Of a stretch of 64,000 nt of DNA, positions 12,391 to 24,042 are shown one piece after another. The notes under the pieces were generated by a model. The model worked only from the letters and a program-made list of their open reading frames with translations. It ran no database searches and was not told where the DNA came from. Each line of letters opens with the position of its first letter. Position 1 is the first letter of the stretch. Made by a program: the position numbers and the translations under genes. Origin of the DNA: Halocafeteria seosinensis (lineage: Eukaryota); the NCBI GenBank assembly GCA_001687465.1, contig LVLI01000138.1, positions 1-64,000 of the forward strand, written 5' to 3'.

Positions 12391-12992
12391 TTAGTAAGTG
12401 TGAGTATCTTCGCCGTCGGGGCCTACAGGTAAGTAATGGTAAGCGCTTCTGTAGTAATAGAAAACAACTGTTCGGGGCCGATTTGTAATCGCTTGTGGCT
12501 CCGGCGCTTAATAGCTAAACGAGGCGCTCCGGGTCATCTGTCGTTCCGCACTCACGATGTACCGTAGCGCTTTACAGGTCAGAGCAATATATATCCCCAA
12601 GTAAGAGAGTGAAGTCAACCTGGTAGAGAGCTCCCTCATTCACGCATGCTGTAAAGCATCGTATTCTCCGTGTTGGTCTCGACTTCCGAGGTCCGTAAAA
12701 TTCTCCACCTTTCGCTGGTGCGTGATGCCGGGGTTCAGAAACCAGGCAACAAGGAGTTAAAGTCTGTCTCTCCTATACCACGTGTACGTGTATCACCAAA
12801 CAATACGTTGGGAATCTGATAAACCATATACATTTTTGCTAAGAGCATCACAGTTGGCGCGTGAGTTATGCTGTGAATCACTGACTTCTCGAAGAGCTCC
12901 ACAAGCAACTCGAAGCAAGTGATGGAAGTTCCGCATGTGTGGCATTCCACCATCTCATTGACGTACATGCACCATTATCTTGCAGTGTGAAT

Positions 12993-13695
12993 TTATGAAA
13001 TGCTTATTTCGTCACTAACATACAAATTAGTCGAACAGAGACAAGGAATTCTTGGACCTACACCTCGTTGTGCAGGTAACAACACCTTGCGTTCCTTAAG
13101 ATTTCCATACCTGCTGCGTGTTGCTCTCATGTCTTCGAGTTGGAAACGTAATATCGATAGAGCATTACTTCCTTTGAGTGCCCAAAGCTCTTCCGACCAG
13201 CGCTGAGTGCCACTGTACTGGTACAACTGACCAAAGATATCCACCAAGTTGCCAGTGCCTTCACTTCCCGATGATAGCTCTTCGCTCTTCGTATCCACCC
13301 CACACGGTACTGATACCGTTCATCTCGCCTCCTAGCGACGACGCTGTTCCATTGTATACCGCATATTTGATTTCGATAGTACCATCGAACTGGTCCGCTA
13401 TCTCGCCAATTATACCACCGGTATTATCTGCTAGCATTTCACCTGAAACGTAAATCTTTTCAATAAAAACCTTTCCGTTTGCTTGGCCTCCATCTCCTCC
13501 CGTTTCCCACCAGTGATACCACCTGAATACGCTCCCGTGATCCTTCCGAGAGCATAGCAATTCACGATTTCCACTTCTCCCTCGTCTTCAGCCCCAGTCT
13601 TGGAGACCATAATATCACCTGTCGTGTAGCATTCTTAAATGCAAACGAAGCCCCCGCCATAGTCTGCGGCTATTCCACCACCGAAGGAAATGGTT
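12993..13695 (-). pseudogene. 3' half of a GLUG-family paralogue with frameshifts and deletions
   Basis: ORF pieces (GQANGKVFIEKIYVSG, GQLYQYSGTQRWSEELWALKGSNALSILRFQLEDM) closely match 20830..22740; its downstream noncoding region (12865-13050) matches 20590-20820. Confidence 0.85.
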
Positions 13696-13699
13696 TAAG

Positions 13700-14760
13700 G
13701 GAGCACCTTGGGGTCACATACATGTATTCGATTCTTTCTAAAAAACATCGTAGTCGGAGTCGTATTCGTGCCCAATGCATCCGGCAAGTAGTGAATACCT
13801 TCACGACATATTCCATTGCTACTTAAATCAAGGTTCCTTAGAGCCGTATCCATCATGCCAAATTTCGAGCGCCTTCCTCAACTGTTTCTCCACCCCTCGT
13901 AGATAGACCCGTATTCGCTCGTAGTGCAGCTGCTAAATATTCAGCCATTCGATTGTTTCTTAAATAGGTGACTGACAAATTCGTATTTGCTCGTACAGTA
14001 GTGCGTTCATCAAGTAACGAATGCCATAATTACTTATTTGCTTATTTCTTAAATCGATTGCAAGCAAGTTGGTGTCACTCGTGCCAAATATTGAGCACCT
14101 TAATCACCTACCGGTATTCAATTTTGTCTTAAATCAGTGGCTCCTACATGTGTATTCACTCGTAGTGCGGCTGCCAAATAGTGAACACCCTGATCATCTC
14201 CCATTGTTTCTTAAAACAATCGCAGTCAGAGTTGAATTATCTAGCAGTGAAAATGCCAAGTAGCGAACTCCCTCATTATAGACGCGATTGCTTCTTTAAC
14301 TGATGGCATTCAGAGTCGTATTCTGTCGCAATGCATCCGCTAAATAGTGAACACCTCGACTACTTATTCGATTGTCCCTCAGAGTCGTATTCGCTCGTAG
14401 TGCGTCTGACAAGTAGCGAGCACCTTTGTTTCTTCTTCCATTGTTTCTTAAGCGTATGGAACCTAGATTCGTATTCTCTCGCAGTGCATCTGCCAAACAC
14501 CCTGTATTCGGCCAGTGCCGCTGAATTCAAGAGTAGTCAGGTTCGTATTCTCACATAGTGCATCAGCTATCTGTTGGACCACGTGGTTGTCTACGTAGTA
14601 TCCAGCAAGGTTCGCTGTGGGAAAGCTGGCATCATTGTTTCGCATACGCTTAATTCCATGTTCAACTTGCTCCCTAAGGTAGAGCAAGCAACAGGATAAC
14701 ACAACCAATGCAAAACAAGGGAATAAGAAAGAGCTTTATAGGTTGGCAATTTAATCGCTC
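13700..14760 (-). pseudogene. Decayed RNI/NLRC3-like LRR gene
   Basis: Fragments IKRMRNNDASF...IADALCENTNLTTL and YLSDALRANTTL, YLADALRQNTTL in shifting frames with stops. Confidence 0.85.
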
Positions 14761-15432
14761 CACACTGTCTAACCACTGAGAAGACGGAATTTTTCTCGGT
14801 GAGAGGACGTGACGTGGGAACCCGTTCGATGCGGAGCCTGTTATCAGATATTCTCTCGTTTGCAAGCTTTGCATACCACCATGGTCCCTTAATACTGTTT
14901 TGAAACGTTTATTGTTTAACTCACTATATGCGACTTTTGTGAGCATAGGTATCGATACAGACAGTTCACTTCGGCAAATGCTATCACAATGATGGTATGA
15001 AGCCTATAGATTTGGATGAGTCATCATCTTCTTATGGCAATTTCGTCCGTCCTAGGAGTCTCATTAGTGCTCGATGGATCAGAATGAAGCTTTTCTCGAA
15101 GAGCATGCTTCCGGCTTCCAAGCTATTACAGAAACGATGACCCGAGTTTTTCAGTTGGATATTCTGGAGCCGAGACGCTGTCAAATTTCTCAAGAAAATT
15201 GCCAAGGCGTTCTAAACTCCCGATTGCGACCAACGGGACAAGAAACCTCATACTGGCCAAGTTTTCAATCATCTTAATGCAAGGAAATCGCAGGGTGCTC
15301 GCGTTTTATGGAACAGCTTCCTACCTCCAGGATATTAGGGTAGTGCTGGTCATTGATAACATAGCACGCGGTTGGACCAATTTAATACACATCTAACGGT
15401 CTTTATATGTTTTCTCATGTTTTACATTAGAA

Positions 15433-17940
15433 TTACTGTTTTCTACGTCGATTTCGACCCTGTGCTTTCCGGTATCGAGTCCTCTCGATTTTGACGGAAA
15501 CTTGGTGGTTCGCTCTGGGACCGACCGATTGATCCAGTACGCGTTGACATGGTCCCCGGCGCTTTTCGACTTTCTTGGCTTGTTGTTGTGCTGTTGGACC
15601 ATTCTGCAAGCGACCACGTGCTCCTAAATTGTCTTGCAGGACCTGTACCCGTTGGCGTCGATAATACACAGATCTCTGCTGGCGGCCCCGTGGAACCTTC
15701 TTGGCTTTTCGTTGCGCTCGTGCTGGCCAATTCTGCAACAACAACTCCGTCATAAGTGTGTTCACTTGCAACTCCACAGAAGAAACAATTTTCCTTACCT
15801 GTCCTGGCGACAAGAGCTCGGCCTGTTTAGTCATCACAGATTGATGATAGACTTGGTGACCACACGTTTGATTGTTTGTTAAAACAATAGCAGCTCGCCT
15901 TTTTCTCCGCAATGCATGCGCAAAATATTCAGCTCCTTGGGCACTTACTCTATTCACGTCTAAATTAAGCATATTTAAACTCCTATTCTCTCTTAATGCA
16001 TCCGCCAACGATCGAGCACCTGAATCACCAATGTGATTGCTACTCAAATCCATCGTATTCACACTCTCATTCACTCGAAGTGACTTTGCCAAGTATTTAG
16101 CTCCTTGATTCCGTATGTCATTGTTACTTAGATTTACAGTATTGAGACTAGGGTTTACTCGAAGTGCAGATACCAGGCATTGGACACCTTGAGCGCTCAG
16201 TCCATTGTTGGACAAGTTAATCGTAGTCAAACTTGTATTTTTTCGTAGTGCTTCTGCTATATCTTGGACATCCTCGTACAGCAAGTTTCCATCACTAAAA
16301 TCCGCTTCTGTACAACTGCTATCGTTGTTCTCAATACGTTGCATTAGTTGAGCTGGCCGTAGCGGATCGGCCAGAGTTTGCAAGCCTTGATCACTTAGTA
16401 AATTGTCGTCTAAATTGACCGTACTCACAACAATGTTCCTATGCAACGCCTCTGCCAAACAGAAAGCCCCTTCATCCGTTACTTGGTTCTTTCTCATATT
16501 AATTGTAGTCACACTCCTATTTTCCCGCAATGCATCAACAAAATACAGAGCTCCCTCGTCACTTATAATATTATTTCCCAAGCAAATCGTCCGCAGCCTT
16601 GTGTTCACTCGCAGTGCATCTGTCAAATATTTAGCCCCTGTATCGCTTATTTCATTTTCTTCTAAACTGATCGTAGATAAACTTGCATTCAACTTCAGTG
16701 AGTCAGCCAAAGCCTGAACCCCGTTGTCACCTATTTGATTCTTTCCTAATTCTATCGAAGTTAGAACGGTGTCCACCCGCAAAGCGTCTGCCATACGTTG
16801 AGCTCCCACTCCCCCAATTTTATTCGCGTCCAGATCAATCTCTGTTATACTCCTGTTCACCTTTAGTGCCTTTGCCAAAGCTTCAACGCCTTCATTACCT
16901 ATTTGATTATTTGCCAAATCGATCAAAGTCAAACACTTATTCCATCGAATGGCATCAGATAAATGTTTAGCACCGGAATTCCCTATGTGATTACTGCTCA
17001 CATCGATCATTCTCAGACCCGTGTTTACTTTTAAGGCATCTGCCAAACCCAACGCTCCGTCAGCGCCTATTTGATTATGTCCTAAATCGATAGAAGTCAG
17101 ACTCTCATTTCTTTGTAATGCATCAGCTAAAGATCTAAAACCTGGATGTTCGATGTGATTGCTACTCAAATCTATTGTAGTCAGACAATTGTTTACCCTT
17201 AGCGTATCTGCAAAGCTCTTAGCACCACCATCATGCATTCCGTTGCTTCTTAATTTAATGGTTGTCAGCCTTGTATTCACCCCCAGCGCGTCTGCCAAAT
17301 AACCAGCACCTTGGTCGCCTAGTTGATTCTTCGCTAAATCAAGCTCCTTCAGGCTAGTGCTCGTTCGCAGGGCTATTGCCAAATGTCGAGCACCCTCAGT
17401 GCTTACTTCGTTGCTTTTCAAACCAAGCGTGGTTAGATTTGCACTATCTTGTAGTTCATCTGCAAGATACTTAGTACCTACATCACCGATTCTATTCTCC
17501 GCTAAATTTAAGGTGCTCAGACTCGTGTTCCCCTTTAGCGATTCTGCCAGACACCGAGCACCGTGAACATCGATTCCGCAGTTGAATAAATCAACCGTAT
17601 CCAGACTTGCATTCACTCCTAATGCATGTGCCAAAAGGTACTCACTTTGATTATTCATTTTATTGTTTTGTACATAAAGCGATATCAGCCGCGTATTCAC
17701 TTTAAGTGACTCTGATAGTTGTTCTATAACTTCGTGTTGCAAGTTTAGACTAACGAACTTTGCTTTAGTAAAACTGGGGTCGTTTTCTTGAATGCGTTGT
17801 ATTGTATTCAGGCCTTTTTGCTCGTTCTGGCAGGGGTGCATCAGATCATTGTCTTGTACGTCTTGACGACGATTGGCATCCCTTCGGCGTTGTCGCCGCG
17901 GAAGCTTAGTGACTATCTGCTGGGATCTTGTTGGGTAGTT
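15433..17940 (-). CDS. RNI/NLRC3-like 28-aa LRR protein; probable 3' exons of a gene continuing from 18008-19915; probable 66-nt in-frame intron 15733-15798
   Basis: More than 20 repeats of L..L.L..N.IG..GA..LA.AL..N; two RI.xND caps; basic C-terminal tail; alternative independent ATG at 17841. Confidence 0.85.
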   Translation of the reverse strand, partial: NYPTRSQQIVTKLPRRQRRRDANRRQDVQDNDLMHPCQNEQKGLNTIQRIQENDPSFTKAKFVSLNLQHEVIEQLSESLKVNTRLISLYVQNNKMNNQSEYLLAHALGVNASLDTVDLFNCGIDVHGARCLAESLKGNTSLSTLNLAENRIGDVGTKYLADELQDSANLTTLGLKSNEVSTEGARHLAIALRTSTSLKELDLAKNQLGDQGAGYLADALGVNTRLTTIKLRSNGMHDGGAKSFADTLRVNNCLTTIDLSSNHIEHPGFRSLADALQRNESLTSIDLGHNQIGADGALGLADALKVNTGLRMIDVSSNHIGNSGAKHLSDAIRWNKCLTLIDLANNQIGNEGVEALAKALKVNRSITEIDLDANKIGGVGAQRMADALRVDTVLTSIELGKNQIGDNGVQALADSLKLNASLSTISLEENEISDTGAKYLTDALRVNTRLRTICLGNNIISDEGALYFVDALRENRSVTTINMRKNQVTDEGAFCLAEALHRNIVVSTVNLDDNLLSDQGLQTLADPLRPAQLMQRIENNDSSCTEADFSDGNLLYEDVQDIAEALRKNTSLTTINLSNNGLSAQGVQCLVSALRVNPSLNTVNLSNNDIRNQGAKYLAKSLRVNESVNTMDLSSNHIGDSGARSLADALRENRSLNMLNLDVNRVSAQGAEYFAHALRRKRRAAIVLTNNQTCGHQVYHQSVMTKQAELLSPGQVRKIVSSVELQVNTLMTELLLQNWPARAQRKAKKVPRGRQQRSVYYRRQRVQVLQDNLGARGRLQNGPTAQQQAKKVEKRRGPCQRVLDQSVGPRANHQVSVKIERTRYRKAQGRNRRRKQ

Positions 17941-17977
17941 CTGCACGGGAGATTCATGCCAATGTGTAAACGAGTAC

Positions 17978-19915
17978 TTATACAAAAGATAAAAGGAGAT
18001 ATTTTACCTGTCGCAGCCCAAATAGCCTTTCCCTAAGCGATGGGTCATTGATGGGATTGTGTTTTAGAACAAGGATCCTTAGACAAGTATTTTCCGATAG
18101 AGCATCTGCCAAATATTCTGCACCGTCATTAGTTATTGCATTGATTGACAAATCAATCGTAGTCAGATCCCTATTGTTTCGCAGTGCATCTGCCAAAGAT
18201 CGTACACCTAGATCACCTATTTGGTTGCTTTTTAGATCCATCGTAGTTAGAGTCGTATTCTCTCGCAGTGCCACTGCCAAACAATTTGCACCATAATCAC
18301 CTATTCGATTTAGTCCTACATGAAACGAATTTAAGCTTGTATTCACTCTCAGTGCATCTGTCAGGTACTTAGCACCTTGTGCACTGATACCGGTGTTGAA
18401 CAAATTAAGCATAGTCCGGCTTCTATTGACTCGTAGTAACTCTGCTATGCGTTTGACATCATCATCAGCTAGGGGCTTATCGCTGAAATCAGCTCGGATA
18501 TAAATGTGATTTTTGTCCTGGAACAAGTGATTTGCTCGAGCCTCACTTCGCGCCTCGTCCAAAATGCGAATACCTTCGCCACTTAACTGATTGTTTGCTA
18601 AGTCAACCTTAGTCACATTTTTATTCGATTTCAATGCCTTGGCGAAAGAAAATGCCCCTTCGTCTGTGATTTGGTTCTTGCTTAGGTCACTCCAAGTCTT
18701 CCCAAGTGCATCGGCCAGACATTTGGCGCCCATATTACCTATTCTGTTCTCTGACAAACATAACTCAGTCATATTTGTACCTGTGCATAGCGCCCTCCCC
18801 AAATGCCGAGCACCTTCGTCAGTTATTCGATTCTTCCTTAAATTTACCGTAACCATACAAGTATGCTTTTCCAGAGCCAACATCAAACTCTCAACTCCTT
18901 TATCACTTATTGCATTCTCTCCCAAATGGATCGCACTTAGATTCGTAGTGCCTGTGCACCACGCATTCGCCAAATGCCGAGCGCCTTCATCATTTATTTG
19001 ATTCTTCCGCAAGTTCACCATAGTCAGACCCGTATTACATTCTAGAGCCTTGCACAAATACTGAACACCATATTTATTACTTATTGGACTCTGTTCCAAG
19101 TGAACTGTAGTTAGACTCGTGGTGCCAGTACGAAACGCATCAGCCAAGTGTCGAGCGCCTTCATCATCTATTTGATTCTTCCACAATCTCACCGTACGCA
19201 TACTGTTGTTCTTTCGTAGAACGTCTGCCAGATGCTGAGCACCTTGTGCATTAATCCGAGTGTTGGATAACGTAAGTATAGTCAGATTACTATTAAATCG
19301 TAGCATCTCTTCTACTTCACGAGCATCATCGACAAATATGTTGTAATGACTCAAATCTGTTAGGGTATGACTATGGTCATTATCCCGGGATCGCTCGTCT
19401 TGTTTAGCTTCCTGGAGTGCCTTTTCCAAAGTTTGAGCGCCCTCATCACCGATTTCGTTCTGCCCGAATTCGACCCACGTTAGGCCGGTGGTTCCGCGCA
19501 GTGCCTCTGCCAAATACTTAGCACCCTTAGACGTAATTCGATTCCCCTCCACATTCAGCGTAGTAATTAATTTGTTCACCTTCAGTGCGTTTACTAAAAC
19601 GTAAAGACCCTTGTCGCCTATAGCATTGTGTGCTACATCGATCAAAGTCAGACTGGTGTTCCCTCGGATGGCTGTAGCCAGGTATTTGATACCTTGATCT
19701 CCTAGGCAATTGTTACGCAAATAAACAAGGTTCAAGCTCGTCTTTCCCTTTAGTGTCTTTATAAAACCATGAACACCTGGAGCGCCTATTTGATTCTGTC
19801 CTAAATTTATAGAAGTCAGACTCTGATTCCGTGGCAGTGCCTCCGTCAATGATATCACACCCGGATTTCGTATGTTATTCCCACTTAAATCAACCACTCT
19901 CAGACTACGGTTCAC
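17978..19915 (-). CDS. RNI/NLRC3-like LRR coding exon, likely spliced at 18007 into the downstream LRR ORF; no in-frame ATG near its 5' end
   Basis: 645-codon open frame of 28-aa LRRs; CAG|GTAAAA donor at 18008/18007. Confidence 0.75.
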   Translation of the reverse strand: MNRSLRVVDLSGNNIRNPGVISLTEALPRNQSLTSINLGQNQIGAPGVHGFIKTLKGKTSLNLVYLRNNCLGDQGIKYLATAIRGNTSLTLIDVAHNAIGDKGLYVLVNALKVNKLITTLNVEGNRITSKGAKYLAEALRGTTGLTWVEFGQNEIGDEGAQTLEKALQEAKQDERSRDNDHSHTLTDLSHYNIFVDDAREVEEMLRFNSNLTILTLSNTRINAQGAQHLADVLRKNNSMRTVRLWKNQIDDEGARHLADAFRTGTTSLTTVHLEQSPISNKYGVQYLCKALECNTGLTMVNLRKNQINDEGARHLANAWCTGTTNLSAIHLGENAISDKGVESLMLALEKHTCMVTVNLRKNRITDEGARHLGRALCTGTNMTELCLSENRIGNMGAKCLADALGKTWSDLSKNQITDEGAFSFAKALKSNKNVTKVDLANNQLSGEGIRILDEARSEARANHLFQDKNHIYIRADFSDKPLADDDVKRIAELLRVNRSRTMLNLFNTGISAQGAKYLTDALRVNTSLNSFHVGLNRIGDYGANCLAVALRENTTLTTMDLKSNQIGDLGVRSLADALRNNRDLTTIDLSINAITNDGAEYLADALSENTCLRILVLKHNPINDPSLRERLFGLRQVKYLLLSFV

Positions 19916-20445
19916 CTGTAACGCATCGGCAAAGCAACGAGCGCCTACATCACGTAAGAGATTCTCCCTAAACCGATCGTAGTTAGAGTCGCATTCCTTC
20001 GCAACGCATCTGCCAAATATTCAACACCTTCAACACCAATCCCATTCCCATCCAAATGAATCTCAACTAGACTCGTGTTCACTCGTAGTGCATCCGCCAA
20101 GTAACCAGCACCCTGGTCACCTATTCGATTATATCTCAAATCGATGGTAGCCAGGCTCGCATTTACTTGTAGAGCTTTGTCCGGATTACCTCAACGTTGT
20201 ATCTCATTACTGCTTAAATCCATGATAGTCAGACTCGTATTCCCTCGCAGTGCATCTGCCATTTGTTGGACAACATGGACTTGTAGTATGTTCCTTCCAG
20301 AGAGGAACGCTTCTGTATAGCCGGTATCGTTGTCGGATACGCTCAATTGCACGTTCAACCCGCTCCATCACGTACAGAACAATTTTTCTTTACGAGCTCA
20401 ATGCACACACAAAAAGATACCAGGGACAACAGCGAGACAGAGAAC
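19916..20445 (-). pseudogene. Frameshifted 5' part of the LRR gene (hydrophobic N-terminal segment, RIR.ND cap, first LRRs)
   Basis: FSVSLLSLVSFCVCIELV...AIERIR / NDTGYTEAFL...MADALRGNTSLTIMDLSSNEI / RYNRIGDQGAGYLADALRVN in different frames; breaks near 20335, 20190 and 19955. Confidence 0.7.
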
Positions 20446-20829
20446 TGAATAAAGGGAGAGTCAGTGAGTAAGTCGACAACATAGTACGCCAAACGTCTAC
20501 TTGTATTTGTATTTGGTACCCAAGCACTTAAGGGACAATAGGAAACACTCCGACAACATGGTTTCGGAGAGTGGAGTTACATGCATGTTGTATGCTGTGA
20601 ATCACTGACTTCTGGAAGAATTCCATAAGCAACAAGTGATGGACGATGAACAATGGATGAAATGTGGTTGATGGCCCACCGGCAGTTGGATGTAAGTTCC
20701 GCATGTTTGGCGCTCCACCATCTCACTAATCACACAGAAATCATTTTTTCCTACTGTGAATTTATGAAATGCTTATGTCATCGCTAATATGCAAATCAGT
20801 CGAGCTGAGACAATGATTTGTCGTACCTA

Positions 20830-22740
20830 CTACTGGACACGTCTCCTACCTCGCTGTGCTGGTAACACCTTGCGTTCCTTAAGACTTCCATATCCTCTGG
20901 GTGTTGGAGTTGTCGATACCGACGCGGTGGGAGTGATGGTCATTGACACTGTGGGCGTTGGAGTTGTCGATACCGACGCGGTGGGAGTGATGGTCATTGA
21001 CACTGTGGGCGTTGGAGTTGCCGAAACCGATGCGGTCGGAGTGATGGTCATTGACATCGTGGGCGTTGGAGTTATTTTCGGTGTTGCTGTCATATCTTCG
21101 AGTTGGAAACGCAATATTGGTAGTGAGTTACTCCCATTCAGTGCCCATACCTCTTCAGACCAGCGCTGGGTGCTATTGTACTGGTACAGCTGACCACGAA
21201 TATCCTCCAAGTTTCCAGAGTTACCTTCACTTTCAGAAGATAGCTCCTCGAATCCATCCCCTACGATGCTTTTGAGACCGTCTCCCTGGGGCAACCCTGC
21301 TCCATTGTATACCGCATACTTAATGTCGATAGACCCAGCAAACTGGTGTACAATTTGTCGAATTATACCACCGGCATGATCTGCTAAAATGTGACCTGAA
21401 GCGTACACGTTTTTAATATGAAGCTTTCCGTTTGCTTGACTCCCGTCACCTCCAGTTCTGAAACCAGTGAAACCACCTCCCATGATTGTTCCTGTCGTAT
21501 AGCAATCCACAATTTCTACCTCTCCCTCACCTTCGCTAGTATCAGCTCCTACAATACCACCACCCCTTGAAGTCATAATATCACCTGTCGTGTAGCATTC
21601 TTTAATACTGACGAAGCCCTTCGAGAATCCGGCATTGCCTGATATTATTCCACCGCCACGGGAAATGGTGCCGGTTGAGAAGGATTGCTTGACGTACACT
21701 GCACCCCCGTTTTGGGCGGCGTTGTGACCGCAAATACCCCCAGCACCGTTTACAGTAGCTACGCCGATGATCCCTTCCGAGGAACATCGGGTCACATCCG
21801 CTACTCCGCCATCATATCCTAGACTATGACCTGCGATCCCACCAGTACCCTTGCCAGTTATATCACCAGATGAATGGCAGTTGGCGATCTGGATTTGCCC
21901 GTCGTCACCACCACACCGTGCACCACACACACCACCGCTGTTCCTCGCGTTAAGTGCACCAGTTGAGCTACAGGACTCTACGTGGAAATACTTTTGTCCT
22001 TGTTGAACAATGAAACCAGCGGCGCTGGCAAGTGTTCCGTTCTTGGTATGCACGTTCCGGATCACGGGAGCCTCTTGAAAGGAGTGAACTGTCTCGGGAT
22101 CGATCCTGAAAAGGCCATCAAAGGAGACTACACCACGCAAATCAATAAAGCTTTCGTGTCCCCCGTCAAATGTCTCATTGGAGCGAAGTAAAATGTAATG
22201 ACTACTCGTGTAGTCATACTCTGTCCAAGTAAGATTATGGCATGTCAGGTGGAACAAGGCCTTCTCGTGGTCATAGTAGAAGCAGGTTTGGTTTCCCTCC
22301 ATGATTGAGTGCCTTAAATCTGGAGATGCAAACGCCGAGGTAAAGCTCATCGAAATCAGAAGAATAAGAGGGACCGCAGCATTTGGGTGGGTCGGCTTTT
22401 GCAAGAGCGTTGAAGGAACAGATTCATTGCGAGGAATAGGTTTCTCATCGTCTGTACTCTCTCGGGCATTCTCTGTAACTCGGAATGGTACATACAGTAT
22501 GGCCGAGAGCATGAGCGTGTATGTACTAATTGAAACATCAGATGTTCCATCACACCACCCGCTTATCTGGTAGACGATTGCCTCGCTTTCTGTTTCTCTT
22601 TTCACATCCAGGTGGACCTCCACCCCGGTTTCATTGTTGCTTGCCATGATCCAAGACCTGACTCCCAGCAGCAGGATTGAGACTGCGATAGTATCAGAAA
22701 CGCACCCATAAAGCCTCATTTTGTCTATACTGTGCGCCAC
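20830..22740 (-). CDS. GLUG-repeat secreted/surface protein with Thr/Pro stalk (first ATG 22719)
   Basis: Clear paralogue of 10654..12390 with the same GGICG repeats, C-cap and terminal AQRGRRRVQ. Confidence 0.85.
   Translation of the reverse strand: MAHSIDKMRLYGCVSDTIAVSILLLGVRSWIMASNNETGVEVHLDVKRETESEAIVYQISGWCDGTSDVSISTYTLMLSAILYVPFRVTENARESTDDEKPIPRNESVPSTLLQKPTHPNAAVPLILLISMSFTSAFASPDLRHSIMEGNQTCFYYDHEKALFHLTCHNLTWTEYDYTSSHYILLRSNETFDGGHESFIDLRGVVSFDGLFRIDPETVHSFQEAPVIRNVHTKNGTLASAAGFIVQQGQKYFHVESCSSTGALNARNSGGVCGARCGGDDGQIQIANCHSSGDITGKGTGGIAGHSLGYDGGVADVTRCSSEGIIGVATVNGAGGICGHNAAQNGGAVYVKQSFSTGTISRGGGIISGNAGFSKGFVSIKECYTTGDIMTSRGGGIVGADTSEGEGEVEIVDCYTTGTIMGGGFTGFRTGGDGSQANGKLHIKNVYASGHILADHAGGIIRQIVHQFAGSIDIKYAVYNGAGLPQGDGLKSIVGDGFEELSSESEGNSGNLEDIRGQLYQYNSTQRWSEEVWALNGSNSLPILRFQLEDMTATPKITPTPTMSMTITPTASVSATPTPTVSMTITPTASVSTTPTPTVSMTITPTASVSTTPTPRGYGSLKERKVLPAQRGRRRVQ
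20903..21072 (-). repeat. 54-bp tandem repeat, about 3 copies, encoding TPTPTVSMTITPTASVST
   Basis: GTTGGAGTTG recurs at 20903, 20957 and 21011 (period 54). Confidence 0.9.
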
Positions 22741-23459
22741 AGTGTGTGGTACACGCAGAAAGCGTCAACTTTCCACTTCTCGGCCGTCCTTGGATAGCTC
22801 GTGCGGGCCTCCTTTTGAGACTGCAAGCAACTGATACTTTACTCATACAACAATGAAGAGATGCTAGTTCTTCCATGTATCGCCTACGGTAAGAATCGAT
22901 GTTATCCACTGGGTCAGTATCCACCTACAGTACCGGTATTCCATTGGTATTCTGGTAGAAGCGTTGGTTCCGCACGGACCGAAAATACGAATTTAACCAT
23001 TAGACTCGTTAAAGTTTAGAGTACCCGGCAATTTCGGAACAAATGAGTGTGTTCAAGCTGTAAACCATCATATGATCCCTTCCGGTGCCTGCTTTTTCTT
23101 CTTTCTCTGGGGCAGGCTAAGGCTCTGATAGCGACTCCGTGTGGGGCGAACAAACGATGACGCTGTTCAGAAATCATACAACAATTAGATGTAGTCATTC
23201 TCTCTTATATCAATGGGTGATTACATCTCTGACAAACTTTTCGAGTCCGCGTAGTACTTGCAAGTTGCGAAGCACTGCAGTACAGTACAACAAGCGTGAG
23301 TCAGGTTGTGATTCAGTTGTGAACCACTGGCCGCTTGTCGCACTGCCACTGACTGCATGTCCTTAACGTGGTAAACAAACTATTTGCTTCCACACATAGA
23401 TTTGTAAAAATGATTCTATGTCAATGATCAAGCGAAGATAGCGGAACAACGTTCACTTG

Positions 23460-23468
23460 AAAAAAAAA
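23460..23468 (-). terminator. Oligo-T RNA polymerase III terminator of the tRNA-Asn gene
   Basis: A9 run on plus strand 2 nt beyond the tRNA 3' end. Confidence 0.8.
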
Positions 23469-23470
23469 GA

Positions 23471-23544
23471 CGCTTCCGGCAGGGCTCGAACCTGCGACCT
23501 TACGGTTAACAGCCGTACGCTCTAACCAGCTGAGCTACAGAAGC
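23471..23544 (-). tRNA. tRNA-Asn (GTT), no intron, no encoded CCA
   Basis: GCTTCTG-TAGCTCAGCTGGTTAGAGC-G-TACGG-CTGTTAA-CCGTA-AGGTC-GCAGGTTCGAGCCCTGC-CGGAAGC-G forms a full cloverleaf. Confidence 0.97.
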
Positions 23545-24042
23545 GCTGGTTGAACTGGAAGTTCTGGTTGGAGGGAGGCACTTTCTACTACCTATAGTAC
23601 ATAGGAGTGGTGGCTTCTCTACGGACCTAATAATCGCGTCTTCAGCTTGTATTTGCAGTGTGTGGCTGGTTCATGCAAAGGAGGATAAAAAACGATTGAC
23701 TAAATAAAGAAAGCGGTGGTCGACATAAACGACTCATAGCCCAGAAACAAGTAATACGTTGAGCACAGTGATCATACAGTTCCATTGTACTCCTATACCA
23801 AATAACCTAAACAGAAACGCTCAGTGCTCGAATCAACAACTCGTTTCCATTACCTACCACTAACCAACTACCATGCTGTCCTCCTCCCATTGATATGAGC
23901 TGTTCATGGGAGACACACACTTCAACTTGAGCACTTCAGTTTTGCGAAACGCGGAATCCAGAGCTGTGGAGCCTTGAATTCTTGTCCGATCAAGCCGATT
24001 TGGGCTAAACGGCGAAGTTCAATTCATTCATGTTGGGGTTCG

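Noticed and set aside
15433..20445. Calling the LRR gene a true NLR (NLRC3)
   Set aside because: Only LRRs are present; no P-loop/NACHT motif in the region
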